From a virus (taxonomy: Duplodnaviria > Caudoviricetes): DNA of 24,808 bases. Location: positions 1 to 24,808 of IMG/VR virus record IMGVR_UViG_3300036715_000180; one strand, written 5' to 3'. Positions 7,970 to 16,753 of this stretch are shown in pieces. Below the pieces are notes generated by a model, which was given only the letters and a program-made list of their open reading frames with translations, made no database searches and had not been told where the DNA came from. The translations under genes were made by a program, and so were the position numbers. Within the stretch, counting starts at the first letter, position 1, and the number at the start of each line of letters is the position of its first letter.

Positions 7970-10014
7970 AGATGCCTACTGTTAGGCAAGACTTCTATCC
8001 ATTAGGTGGTGGTCTTGATCTCGTCACGCCAGCGATAGCGATTGAGCCGGGTAAGGTCATTGACTCGCAGAATTACGAGCCAGCTATCGGAGGTGGGTAC
8101 AGTCGCATATCAGGCTATGAACGCTTCGACGGACGCACTGCGCCTACCGGATCGAGTTATTGGATATTACCAGTGAGTGTCACGGGGGTGATTGCATTGG
8201 GTAATACGATTACCGGAGCAACCAGCGCAGCAACTGGCATTGTGTTGGCAATCGTGACCGGCTATCTGGTCTTAGCGAGAGTATCAGGTACATTCAATGC
8301 CAGTGAAAACTTGACGATTTCAGCCGTCACGGTTGCGACAAGTATCGATGCGATTGGCATAAATAGCGCTTCGTCTACCTCATTGAATGCAGACTACGCT
8401 TTGCTTGCTGCAAATGATCAGCGCCAATTCATTCTGCAAGTTCCGGGCAGCGGTCGGATTCGTGGCGTGTATGTGTTTAACGATGTCGTTTATGCCTTCC
8501 GTGATAATGCTGGCGGTACTGCTGGTGATATGTATCAGTCAACTGCTAGTGGCTGGGTCAAGATCAATTTCTTGACTGAACTCAGATTCAATACCGCTGT
8601 CGGCCAGATTAATATTGGCGATGTGATTACTGGCGGAACAAGTGGCGCAACTGCGACTGTTACTGCGGCCTTGCTGATGACTGGAACATGGACGGTAGCA
8701 GGCATTGGCTCATTGGTTCTCTCTGGTGTTACTGGAACGTTTGCAAGTGGAGAGGCAATTAAAGTTGCCACGGTGACTAAAGTAACTTCATCTTCTGCAT
8801 CTAGTGCCATCACTCGAACTGTCGGTGGATCAATAGAGTTTTTTAGTTATAACTTTACCGGCTCTACCAATACAAAAAAAATGTATGGTGCAGATGGGGT
8901 AAATCTAGCATTTGAATTTGACGGAACAAATTACATTCCTATTCGTACAGGGATGGCATCAGATACACCTTCGCATGTGATTGCGCATAAAGGTTTTTTG
9001 TTCCTTGGCTTCCTCGCTTCCGTTCAATATTCAGGATTGGGCAATCCTTATGCGTGGACGGTAGTTCTTGGATCGGGTGAGATTGATACATCAAAAGCAG
9101 TCACTGGATTTCTTCCTCAGGGTGGATCTAGCGCGGGTTCAGCTTTAGCCATTTTTACCTCAGAGCGCACTTTCGTTCTGTATGGAACAAGTAATGCAGA
9201 CTTTAAATTAGTCTCATCCATTTTTGATATTGGCTACTCTGCTTTTACCATGCAGCAGGTATCAAATGATTCATTTGGATTGGGCAATCGTGGCATACAA
9301 GCATTGATCACTACCTTAAATTATGGCGATTTCGATTATGATTCGATTTCACACATGATTCAGCCTTTGATGAACCGCAAACGCGGCATGGAATGTGCAT
9401 CAAATACTGTCCGATCAAAAAATCAATACCGCGTCTATTTCACTGATGGAACGGCTCTCGCAGTCGGACTGACTGGCGATAAAGTCAGCGGCCTTATGGT
9501 ATTAAATTACAATAGGGCAGTGCGCTGCATTACCTCGCAGACCTTATCTAATGGTGCTGAAGTCACTTACTTCGGGTCGGATGATGGTTATGTGTACATG
9601 GATAATGTCGGCACATCACAAGATGGCGCAGCGATTGAATCGTGGTTACGCCTGCCATTTAATAACGACAAGTCGCCACTAATCAGAAAGCGCTTTCGAC
9701 GTGCGATTCTGGAAATGTCCGTAGATTCCTATGCATCAGTCAATATCTCATATGACTTAGGCTATGGCAATCCGAACGTACAACCCAGTGCACCACAAGC
9801 CGATACCGCGTTGATTGGTGCTGGCGGATATTGGGATCAATTCACCTGGGATCAATTCACATGGGATGCGCAATACGTGTCCAATCCTGTTCTGTCGATT
9901 GACGGTACAGAGAAAAACATCAGTCTTATTTTCTATTCCAGTCGCGCACAAGATCAGCCGCACACGATCTCTGGCGTGACGCTTGTTTCTACTCCCCGCA
10001 TTTTACAAAGGTAA
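7966..10014 (+). CDS. Tail nozzle / tail tubular protein B-like (682 aa)
   Basis: N-terminal GGLDL motif, beta-propeller-like composition, C-terminal RKRFRR and WDQFTWDQFTWD; located between adaptor and fibre. Confidence 0.75.
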   Translation: MKMPTVRQDFYPLGGGLDLVTPAIAIEPGKVIDSQNYEPAIGGGYSRISGYERFDGRTAPTGSSYWILPVSVTGVIALGNTITGATSAATGIVLAIVTGYLVLARVSGTFNASENLTISAVTVATSIDAIGINSASSTSLNADYALLAANDQRQFILQVPGSGRIRGVYVFNDVVYAFRDNAGGTAGDMYQSTASGWVKINFLTELRFNTAVGQINIGDVITGGTSGATATVTAALLMTGTWTVAGIGSLVLSGVTGTFASGEAIKVATVTKVTSSSASSAITRTVGGSIEFFSYNFTGSTNTKKMYGADGVNLAFEFDGTNYIPIRTGMASDTPSHVIAHKGFLFLGFLASVQYSGLGNPYAWTVVLGSGEIDTSKAVTGFLPQGGSSAGSALAIFTSERTFVLYGTSNADFKLVSSIFDIGYSAFTMQQVSNDSFGLGNRGIQALITTLNYGDFDYDSISHMIQPLMNRKRGMECASNTVRSKNQYRVYFTDGTALAVGLTGDKVSGLMVLNYNRAVRCITSQTLSNGAEVTYFGSDDGYVYMDNVGTSQDGAAIESWLRLPFNNDKSPLIRKRFRRAILEMSVDSYASVNISYDLGYGNPNVQPSAPQADTALIGAGGYWDQFTWDQFTWDAQYVSNPVLSIDGTEKNISLIFYSSRAQDQPHTISGVTLVSTPRILQR

Positions 10015-10017
10015 TTC

Positions 10018-10971
10018 ATGTCCAATATTTATTACACGGTCACTGGTGCGCCAGTTGCCCAAGGTAGGGGTGCGTCTAGTTCTATTCGAAGTGAGTTCGC
10101 ATTGATTAGCACGGGGTTTGATGGGGTAGCTACTGGATTTGCAGCTAAGGGAAATATTGCAGGGCAGACTTGGACAGGCATACATACTTTTCCTGCAACG
10201 ACTTACGGCGTGACAGCGGCACTTGGATCTTCTGGAGCCGCATTTGCAACACTTGATTTTGTTAATGCCGTAGCATTTAGTAGTACGTTGCCAGCGCAAG
10301 CAAGTAACGTAGATAAATTCACTACAACGGATGGAACCAATGCAAGCTGGTCTGCCAATCTTAAAGCCTCAGTCATACGATTTAAAGACGGTACAGACGC
10401 AACTAAACTGCTCGCCTTCTCGCTCTCTGTATTGACTACTGGAACAACACGCACAGTCACAATCCCGGATAAATCTGGAACGATGGCAATGACAAGTGAT
10501 GTCGGAATAGTCTTACTAGCGACTCTCACGCCAACGGCAGCGGCAAACGTAGATTTTCTCACGACATTTTCAGCTTCGTACGATAATTATTTGATTTTAG
10601 GTGATGCGCTAGTACCGAATGTTAGCGACCAATTATGTCTGCGTGTGGCTGTCGCAGGCGCTGCTGATTCTGCGGCAAATTACTGCGCAAGCACAACATT
10701 AAACACTTATGCACCAGTGACAAGTACGGTTTTTGCTACAGGTAAGGGAGGCGGTTTTGTCTGCAACATCAACAACGTCAACGGAACGAACGGCAAAACT
10801 ATTACCTCTAGAGGTTCTGCGCAATCTGCGGCAGGGACTAATTTTACATCGCAAACTTCAGATTATACATATATCGGGGCATCTTCGGTAACAGGGATTC
10901 GTTTGTTTTGGTTTAGTGGTAATAACTTTACAGCCACAGGCACAATAAAAATTTACGGCTATTCCAACTAA
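10018..10971 (+). CDS. Short tail fibre / receptor-binding protein (317 aa)
   Basis: N-terminal IRSEFALISTGFD attachment-like helix, Thr/Ala/Gly-rich shaft (TRTVTIPDKSGT), beta-sandwich-like C-terminus ending GTIKIYGY. Confidence 0.75.
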   Translation: MSNIYYTVTGAPVAQGRGASSSIRSEFALISTGFDGVATGFAAKGNIAGQTWTGIHTFPATTYGVTAALGSSGAAFATLDFVNAVAFSSTLPAQASNVDKFTTTDGTNASWSANLKASVIRFKDGTDATKLLAFSLSVLTTGTTRTVTIPDKSGTMAMTSDVGIVLLATLTPTAAANVDFLTTFSASYDNYLILGDALVPNVSDQLCLRVAVAGAADSAANYCASTTLNTYAPVTSTVFATGKGGGFVCNINNVNGTNGKTITSRGSAQSAAGTNFTSQTSDYTYIGASSVTGIRLFWFSGNNFTATGTIKIYGYSN

Positions 10972-10979
10972 GGACTTTT

Positions 10980-11318
10980 ATGACATATAAAATTTGTTAT
11001 TGGGATGACATCAGCAAATCCCAAAAAGAGCGCGACGCAACAACAGAAGAAGCGGCAGAGATTGACGCAAGAAAGATAGCGCCTCCTTCTGTTCCACAAA
11101 CAGTCACCATGCGCCAAGCTCGTTTGGCTCTCAATGCAGCAGGATTGCTTTCGGCAACTCAAACAGCCATCGACTCAGGAGGTGAAGATGCAAAGATTAC
11201 TTGGGAATATTCCAGTGAAGTGCATAGAAATAACGGTTTAATCCCTACAATGGCGGCATCGCTCGGCATGACAGAAACGCAGATTGATAATCTTTTTATC
11301 TTAGCGGCGACATTATGA
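10980..11318 (+). CDS. Tail-fibre-associated protein (112 aa), possible assembly chaperone
   Basis: AAGGA SD; the VPQTVTMRQARLAL...WEYS...LGMTETQIDNLFILAA pattern commonly follows tail fibre genes. Confidence 0.7.
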   Translation: MTYKICYWDDISKSQKERDATTEEAAEIDARKIAPPSVPQTVTMRQARLALNAAGLLSATQTAIDSGGEDAKITWEYSSEVHRNNGLIPTMAASLGMTETQIDNLFILAATL

Positions 11319-11764
11319 TTATTGCTCTATATAAAGCCACGCATTCAGGATTGCCAGGGATTTATAACCGCCTCGTAAGATGGTGGACAAAAGGCAATTA
11401 CAGCCATTGTGAAATTTTATTCTCAGATGGTATCTGCGCATCCGCTTCTTACATGGATGGCGGTGTGCGATTCAAGCAAATAGACCTAGATATTACCAAG
11501 TGGGATTTTGTCCGCGTTCCAGATCATCTTGAAGTGAATGCGCGGCTTTGGTTTAAGATGCACCAAGGAGATGGATATGATTTATTGGGCAATCTACATT
11601 TTGTTATCGGGGCAGTATCGGACGACAAAAACAAATGGTTCTGCTCAGAAGCAGTTGCCGCCGCACTCGGAATAAAAGAGGCGTGGCGATTTAGTCCGAA
11701 TGAACTTGCCGCCATCCTCAATTCACAGCCGCCTACGGGCGGTTTTCTTTTTTGGGGCAAGTGA
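11315..11764 (+). CDS. Permuted papain-like (NlpC/P60, YiiX/YaeF-type) peptidase/amidase
   Basis: Putative catalytic His (YSHCEI) precedes Cys (WFCSE), with G.GYD between them, which is the circularly permuted order. Confidence 0.75.
   Translation: MIIALYKATHSGLPGIYNRLVRWWTKGNYSHCEILFSDGICASASYMDGGVRFKQIDLDITKWDFVRVPDHLEVNARLWFKMHQGDGYDLLGNLHFVIGAVSDDKNKWFCSEAVAAALGIKEAWRFSPNELAAILNSQPPTGGFLFWGK
11727..11753 (+). terminator. Terminator-like hairpin inside the 3' end of the peptidase gene
   Basis: AGCCGCC-TACG-GGCGGTT followed by TTCTTTTTT. Confidence 0.65.
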
Positions 11765-12159
11765 TGAGTGACGAAAAAATGTACACAGAATCAGAAATGC
11801 GCCATCTTGCCGCAAGAGAGGTTGCGCAACAAAGAATGTCTGACATAGAGAGAAATATCAATCAATCTGAAGATCGCACTTTGAGCGCAATTGCAGAGAT
11901 TAAAACACAAATAGCTACATTGACCAATCTCGTTCGGGAGCAAAGCTCAAACATGGAAAAGTCACAAGATAATCTGCGTGAAGAGATCAAGAAAGATTTC
12001 GCTACAAAAGCAGAATTACAAGCCGATTTTGAAACACTTAATACGAAGATTGATACGCAATGGTCAAAGCTAGTCTTAATTGTTTCGACGGTCACAACGA
12101 TAGGCGCACTGTTTGGAATACTTGCTCAGTTCGTGTTGAAGTTCTTACACGTAGGATAA
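11764..12159 (+). CDS. Coiled-coil protein with C-terminal transmembrane helix (holin-like/lysis-associated, 131 aa)
   Basis: ATG at 11764 in a TGATG overlap; heptad-rich body; hydrophobic LVLIVSTVTTIGALFGILAQFVL; directly upstream of the endolysin. Confidence 0.7.
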   Translation: MSDEKMYTESEMRHLAAREVAQQRMSDIERNINQSEDRTLSAIAEIKTQIATLTNLVREQSSNMEKSQDNLREEIKKDFATKAELQADFETLNTKIDTQWSKLVLIVSTVTTIGALFGILAQFVLKFLHVG

Positions 12160-12162
12160 ATA

Positions 12163-12624
12163 ATGCAACTCACTCCTCATTTCAGCGTAGAGGAATTTAC
12201 GCAAAGCGATACTGCACGACGATTCAATTTAGATAATTCACTACCGGATGTTTTCAAGGGAAATGCTATTTCTACTTGCGAGATGCTGGAACGGATTAGA
12301 AATTTCCTCTCAAGCAAAGCAGGTAAGGATATCGGTATCGACATCACTAGCGGATTTCGCTGTGTCGAACTCAACGTCAAAGTCGGCAGTAAATCCACTA
12401 GCGATCACTTATCTGGAAATGCAGCAGATTTCAAAGCACCGGATTTCGGTACGCCGTACAACATCGCCTCGATGCTTTCCCCGATGGTAGATGCTCTCGG
12501 TATTGGACAATTAATTTACGAGTTTGACTCATGGGTGCATGTGAGTACAGTCAAGCCTTCTAATCTAATTAATCGCGTTCTCACCATTGGTCACGCTGGC
12601 GCTATCGCTGGCATTGTTAAATGA
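12163..12624 (+). CDS. Endolysin, peptidase M15 family (153 aa)
   Basis: AGGA SD; TSGFRC..LN..VG, S.HL.G.AADF and WVHVS zinc-peptidase motifs. Confidence 0.9.
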   Translation: MQLTPHFSVEEFTQSDTARRFNLDNSLPDVFKGNAISTCEMLERIRNFLSSKAGKDIGIDITSGFRCVELNVKVGSKSTSDHLSGNAADFKAPDFGTPYNIASMLSPMVDALGIGQLIYEFDSWVHVSTVKPSNLINRVLTIGHAGAIAGIVK

Positions 12625-12634
12625 AGGAAGTGCC

Positions 12635-12886
12635 ATGATTCCAGTAAGACAAATATGCAAGAACATTTTTACAGGTGCTGACAATGAAACCTACCACATG
12701 GCTAAGTTTTCATGGGCAGGTTCGATGATTGTCATCTGTGCAGTTGCGGTACATCGCGGATGGTCGGGCTTTGATGTGGATCTATTGGCTATGGCAGGTG
12801 CATTGGTGGCAGTTTGCACAGGTCATTCAGCCGCTATCTACGGAATGAAAACAACCGAACCGCCGCACAAAGAAGGGGATAAATAA
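12635..12886 (+). CDS. Putative holin (83 aa, two hydrophobic segments)
   Basis: AAGGAAG SD favours ATG 12635; two predicted TM stretches and a charged C-terminus; between endolysin and Rz. Confidence 0.65.
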   Translation: MIPVRQICKNIFTGADNETYHMAKFSWAGSMIVICAVAVHRGWSGFDVDLLAMAGALVAVCTGHSAAIYGMKTTEPPHKEGDK

Positions 12887-13419
12887 TGCTAAACCCTTAT
12901 TTACTCTATATAAAAATAGCCGCCAGCCTTGCTCTCATCGCTGGCGTTTTGTTTGGCGCGCATGAAGTTGCCAACCACTGGCGCGAACAAGGCAGGCAAG
13001 AAATTCAGTTGAAGTGGAACAAAGCAGACCAGATTCGCCACACGGCAGAACAAGAGTTAATCAAGAAACGCAATGAAGACAACGCACGACAACTGTTCCT
13101 TTACGAAGCACGCAACCAAGAAGTCAGGAGAGAATATGAACGACGAATTGAATTACAGAATCGGAACAATGCTAGGGATATTGCTGATCTGCGTGCTGCT
13201 GGCGGCTTGCGCATCAAACTGCCCACCACAGTCTGTAGTGGATTTACCAGCCAAGCCACTGCCCAAAGCGCCGAAGGAGATCATGGTGAAAGTAGTGCCA
13301 GACTCCCTGAACAAATTGAAGATGGTCTTTTCCAATTTGCCAACGACCGAGATCAAGAAATAATTCAATTGGGCGCATGTCAAAAATGGATCAGGGATAA
13401 CGGGCTATACCCAGAATGA
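12886..13419 (+). CDS. Rz: i-spanin (Rz-like, 177 aa)
   Basis: N-terminal TM, coiled-coil periplasmic region, GGLRI motif, two Cys including C-terminal ACQKWIR; contains an embedded lipoprotein ORF. Confidence 0.85.
   Translation: MLNPYLLYIKIAASLALIAGVLFGAHEVANHWREQGRQEIQLKWNKADQIRHTAEQELIKKRNEDNARQLFLYEARNQEVRREYERRIELQNRNNARDIADLRAAGGLRIKLPTTVCSGFTSQATAQSAEGDHGESSARLPEQIEDGLFQFANDRDQEIIQLGACQKWIRDNGLYPE
13136..13363 (+). CDS. Rz1: o-spanin lipoprotein (Rz1-like), embedded in +1 frame of Rz
   Basis: AGGAGAG SD before ATG 13136; hydrophobic signal with LAAC lipobox; Pro-rich mature part (CPPQ...PAKPLPKAPK). Confidence 0.85.
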   Translation: MNDELNYRIGTMLGILLICVLLAACASNCPPQSVVDLPAKPLPKAPKEIMVKVVPDSLNKLKMVFSNLPTTEIKK

Positions 13420-13595
13420 CCCACTTCTGGGCATTCTTTTTCACGACTGTTTTCGCCATGTTGCGCGAGGTAAGAGCAAAGAACTTTTACCATTCATTTA
13501 TCTACTTTTCATTGTTTGTGGTTGGTATTATTGGGATGGTAATTAGTCTCATGGCCTATCTCGTTTCAATGTTTATTAATTCACTTAAAAACTAA
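13416..13595 (+). CDS. Small hydrophobic membrane protein (59 aa), not in ORF track
   Basis: ATGA overlap with the Rz stop. Reads MTHFWAFFFTTVFAMLREVRAKNFYHSFIYFSLFVVGIIGMVISLMAYLVSMFINSLKN and fills the gap to the next gene. Confidence 0.6.
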   Translation: MTHFWAFFFTTVFAMLREVRAKNFYHSFIYFSLFVVGIIGMVISLMAYLVSMFINSLKN

Positions 13596-13604
13596 GGCTC
13601 AATC

Positions 13605-14909
13605 ATGGCAGGACTCATTAATACGCAGACGACAAATCTCGATGGATCTGGAGATAATGCGGCGAAACTTGCACAGGTAGATCAAACTGTAGCGGGTGGA
13701 TCGGCCGTAGTTCAACCTACAGTTCTGCCAATGAAAGACCAGATCAACGCAGCATATCAAACGCATTTTGGACGACCAGCGGATGAGGCTGGAATGGCAT
13801 ACTGGATGAATACAGCAAACCAGAACCCGAATACCAATATTGCAAACATGATCGGTATGGGCGCTCAGCAACAAGATCAGAATGCGCAGGCTTCGATTAA
13901 TGCTGGTGGCGTAGATACTACGCACACATGGAATCCCTCATTAAATACGGCCGATGTCGCGCCTCAGAAAGATATATGGGATGCAACGACAAACACATGG
14001 AAGGCAGCAGCTACACCGGTCAGCTCAGCCCCAACTGGCGCTGCACTGTTAGGCGATCCTACTAAATGGAACATCACTAAAGATCAGACAACTCAAGGTC
14101 AGATGACAAATTTGATCGACCCGAATAGCCCCTATTATCAAGCATGGAAAAATGCAGGGGCGAATGATGCAGCGGCTAGGGGATTTACAGGCAATTCTTC
14201 GATTCGTGATTCTGCCATTATGGATTCTATCATGCGCAACGCTACGCCAATCGCGCAAAGTGACGCAGCAGTTTATGCGAAAGCTGCAGGTTATAACGCT
14301 GATGAACCGAATCAGTTTGCGATGGCAAACCAGAATGCATCGAACAATCTCAACTTAGCAAATATCTCAGCAAGCACGCAGAAATTTGTTGCAGGGTTAA
14401 GTTCAGATACGCAAAAGATTGTCGCAAACTTGAACAATACGAGCCAGCAAACGATCAGCGCAGCGCATGATGCCAATGCGGTATTCCTAGCTAATAACAA
14501 AGCGGCACAAGATGCCCTATCACAGTTGGCAAATGGCTTGAATGTCAACAGTAGCAATACTGCATTGACTGGCGGTGCAAAAGAAACGGCTAACAATAAC
14601 TTAATTGATATCTACAATAACAATCCGGTTAACCTTGCTAATCCTAATTTTGTTAAAACACCATACCAAGTCTATACGCCTGAAAATGGCAATGGAATCA
14701 TTAACCAAAATACAGGCGCACCAGTCACTACGCCGCCAGCAGTAACAACACCACCGCCAGCCACAACGACAACACTCACGCCCGAACAACAAGCGGCTAA
14801 AGATGCGGCAGATCATGCTACGGCAGTAACTACAGTAGGAGGCACAGATGTTAGTGATCAATTAGACTTTTCCAAAGAGCCTAAAAAAGTGAACGGTAAA
14901 ACTGTATGA
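13605..14909 (+). CDS. Putative internal virion/ejection protein (434 aa)
   Basis: AAGG SD; Ala/Asn/Gln/Thr-rich; AAARGFTGNSS motif typical of podophage ejection proteins; N-terminal DUF4214-like segment; Pro/Thr-rich tail. Confidence 0.7.
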   Translation: MAGLINTQTTNLDGSGDNAAKLAQVDQTVAGGSAVVQPTVLPMKDQINAAYQTHFGRPADEAGMAYWMNTANQNPNTNIANMIGMGAQQQDQNAQASINAGGVDTTHTWNPSLNTADVAPQKDIWDATTNTWKAAATPVSSAPTGAALLGDPTKWNITKDQTTQGQMTNLIDPNSPYYQAWKNAGANDAAARGFTGNSSIRDSAIMDSIMRNATPIAQSDAAVYAKAAGYNADEPNQFAMANQNASNNLNLANISASTQKFVAGLSSDTQKIVANLNNTSQQTISAAHDANAVFLANNKAAQDALSQLANGLNVNSSNTALTGGAKETANNNLIDIYNNNPVNLANPNFVKTPYQVYTPENGNGIINQNTGAPVTTPPAVTTPPPATTTTLTPEQQAAKDAADHATAVTTVGGTDVSDQLDFSKEPKKVNGKTV

Positions 14910-15325
14910 CCAGTCTAATCCTTCGTGATCAGGTCAATGACATCGAAAAACAAATGCTGTCTATGCCGCAAGTTGAATTGCCTGTTGAGCATTACTTCTC
15001 TCATAAAGTGTATGCGCGTGAATTACATATTCCAAAAGGAACGACGCTCACAGGGCGCATTCATAAATTCGCTAATCTCAATATCCTGATTCAAGGGGAT
15101 ATGTCCGTTCTGATTGATGGTGAAGTTAAGCGAGTCACAGCACCTTACACCATTGTTTCACCGCCAGGAACAAAGCGGATTGCCTACGCGCATGAAGACT
15201 GTATCTGGACGACGATACTCGGCACGGATGAAACGGATGCAGATGTAATCGAAGAATTATTCACCGCACAAAGCGATCAAGATTACTTAGCTTTTTGCGA
15301 CAAATTAAAAATTAAAGGGGGATAA
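14906..15325 (+). CDS. Cupin-fold-like phage protein (139 aa)
   Basis: HYFSHKVYARELHIPKGTTLTGRIHK...SPPGTKRIAYAHED resembles the double-stranded beta-helix pattern; ATGA coupling. Confidence 0.7.
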   Translation: MTSLILRDQVNDIEKQMLSMPQVELPVEHYFSHKVYARELHIPKGTTLTGRIHKFANLNILIQGDMSVLIDGEVKRVTAPYTIVSPPGTKRIAYAHEDCIWTTILGTDETDADVIEELFTAQSDQDYLAFCDKLKIKGG

Positions 15326-15326
15326 C

Positions 15327-16250
15327 ATGGCTTTTGTTGTTACAGCGGTAGCTGCCGCATTTGAAGTCGGGGCGACCGCAGCGACTATTCTTACGGCAGT
15401 TTCCGAAGTTGGTATTGCTTGTACAGTCGTTGGCGCAGTCACTGGAAGCAAGGATCTGATAAAGGTTGGCTCGGTGCTTGGCATAGCTGGCGGTGTAGGT
15501 AGCCTCGTCAATGCGGGAATTGATGGATTGGCTAATGCGGCGGCATCTGAGGCAGCAAATAAAGGAGTGGCGGAAGGTGCGACCGAGGCAATAGGTAGCG
15601 ATGTTGCAGGCGAAAAGTTTCAGCAAGAAGCGGCAAATGCTCTCATATCGGATGGTACTGCAGCGACATCGAGTGTTGTTCCTGGTGAAGTTACTCAGAC
15701 TGCGTTATCTAATACCGGCAATACTTTAAATAGTGCTGCAAACGTAGCAGTAGATACGCCAATTGTTACCGCTAGTGCACCACCTCCAATAGATTCATCA
15801 CTTGCAGGAAGTCCTAACTATGTTGATCCAACCGCTGGCGTTACTTCACCCAATGCGCCAGTAGTAGCCGATGGAACGAATGGCGCACAAACTACAGTTG
15901 ATAACGTGAGTAAAGTCGGAACAACCGATTACAGCCCGATACAAGGAAATAATCCTGCGGGTCAAGCGGCAGAGGACTACGGAACTTTAGATACTGGAAT
16001 CAAGCCATCTAACGACTTACTAAGTACAGTCAAGGAAAAATTTGGCGCAGCGTGGGAGTCAATGGGAGCGCAAGGAAAGTCTGAGATTTTAAAATCAATC
16101 ATGGCTGTCCCAGGCGGCATCCAGCAACAAAAGAACGCAGCGGCACAACTTGCCTTGCAACAACAAAAAGTCAATCAGACCTCCTACGGTGGGCAAGTGC
16201 CACGATTCGAAACGTTTGGCATCATTAATTCAGCAAAGAAAGTAGGCTAA
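15327..16250 (+). CDS. Putative ejection/DNA-transfer protein (307 aa)
   Basis: GGGGGA SD; hydrophobic Gly/Ala-rich N-terminus, low-complexity middle, Q-rich C-terminus, as in small podophage ejection proteins. Confidence 0.65.
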   Translation: MAFVVTAVAAAFEVGATAATILTAVSEVGIACTVVGAVTGSKDLIKVGSVLGIAGGVGSLVNAGIDGLANAAASEAANKGVAEGATEAIGSDVAGEKFQQEAANALISDGTAATSSVVPGEVTQTALSNTGNTLNSAANVAVDTPIVTASAPPPIDSSLAGSPNYVDPTAGVTSPNAPVVADGTNGAQTTVDNVSKVGTTDYSPIQGNNPAGQAAEDYGTLDTGIKPSNDLLSTVKEKFGAAWESMGAQGKSEILKSIMAVPGGIQQQKNAAAQLALQQQKVNQTSYGGQVPRFETFGIINSAKKVG

Positions 16251-16252
16251 TC

Positions 16253-16753
16253 ATGCTAGGGAAAACAACTAATCTAATGTTGGAAAAAGCCGAAGAAGGC
16301 ATTCAAGCCAAAGTCAAGCCTGCAATGCAAGCAAATCTGAGTAAAGTTGTCCATGCTGGCTTGACGATTATGTACTCACCGCAAATGGCAGATGCGCGCA
16401 ATAAGCACTTGAACGAAGTGACCGACTTTGCTGCTGAGGCAGGCAAAGGATCATCGCGCATGATCTACAATTTATATCTACAAAGTAAAAAGAAAATGCC
16501 GCTTGATATTGTTGTTCCCGCTTGTATGATCTTCGCTTTCGAATACCTTGATCTGATCGAAAAAGCCGGTAAAATTAAAGTGACTCCCGATGTGATTGCG
16601 AAGGCGACACAAAGCGTATCGGATGCTGTCTTGCCGATGTTTGGCATTACTCCAGATAAGATGAATAAACTGGTTCAACAGTCACAACAGAAGCAAGGAC
16701 AAACTCCACCCAAGCCGCAAGGCATCATCTCTGGCGCACAAGGAGTAGCATAA
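16253..16753 (+). CDS. Hypothetical protein in ejection module (166 aa)
   Basis: AGG SD; helical; TAATG overlap with the next gene. Confidence 0.7.
   Translation: MLGKTTNLMLEKAEEGIQAKVKPAMQANLSKVVHAGLTIMYSPQMADARNKHLNEVTDFAAEAGKGSSRMIYNLYLQSKKKMPLDIVVPACMIFAFEYLDLIEKAGKIKVTPDVIAKATQSVSDAVLPMFGITPDKMNKLVQQSQQKQGQTPPKPQGIISGAQGVA

Noticed and set aside
9832-9867. 15-nt tandem repeat encoding WDQFTWDQFTWD
   Set aside because: A coding repeat of a WD-rich motif common near nozzle C-termini; not CRISPR-like or regulatory.
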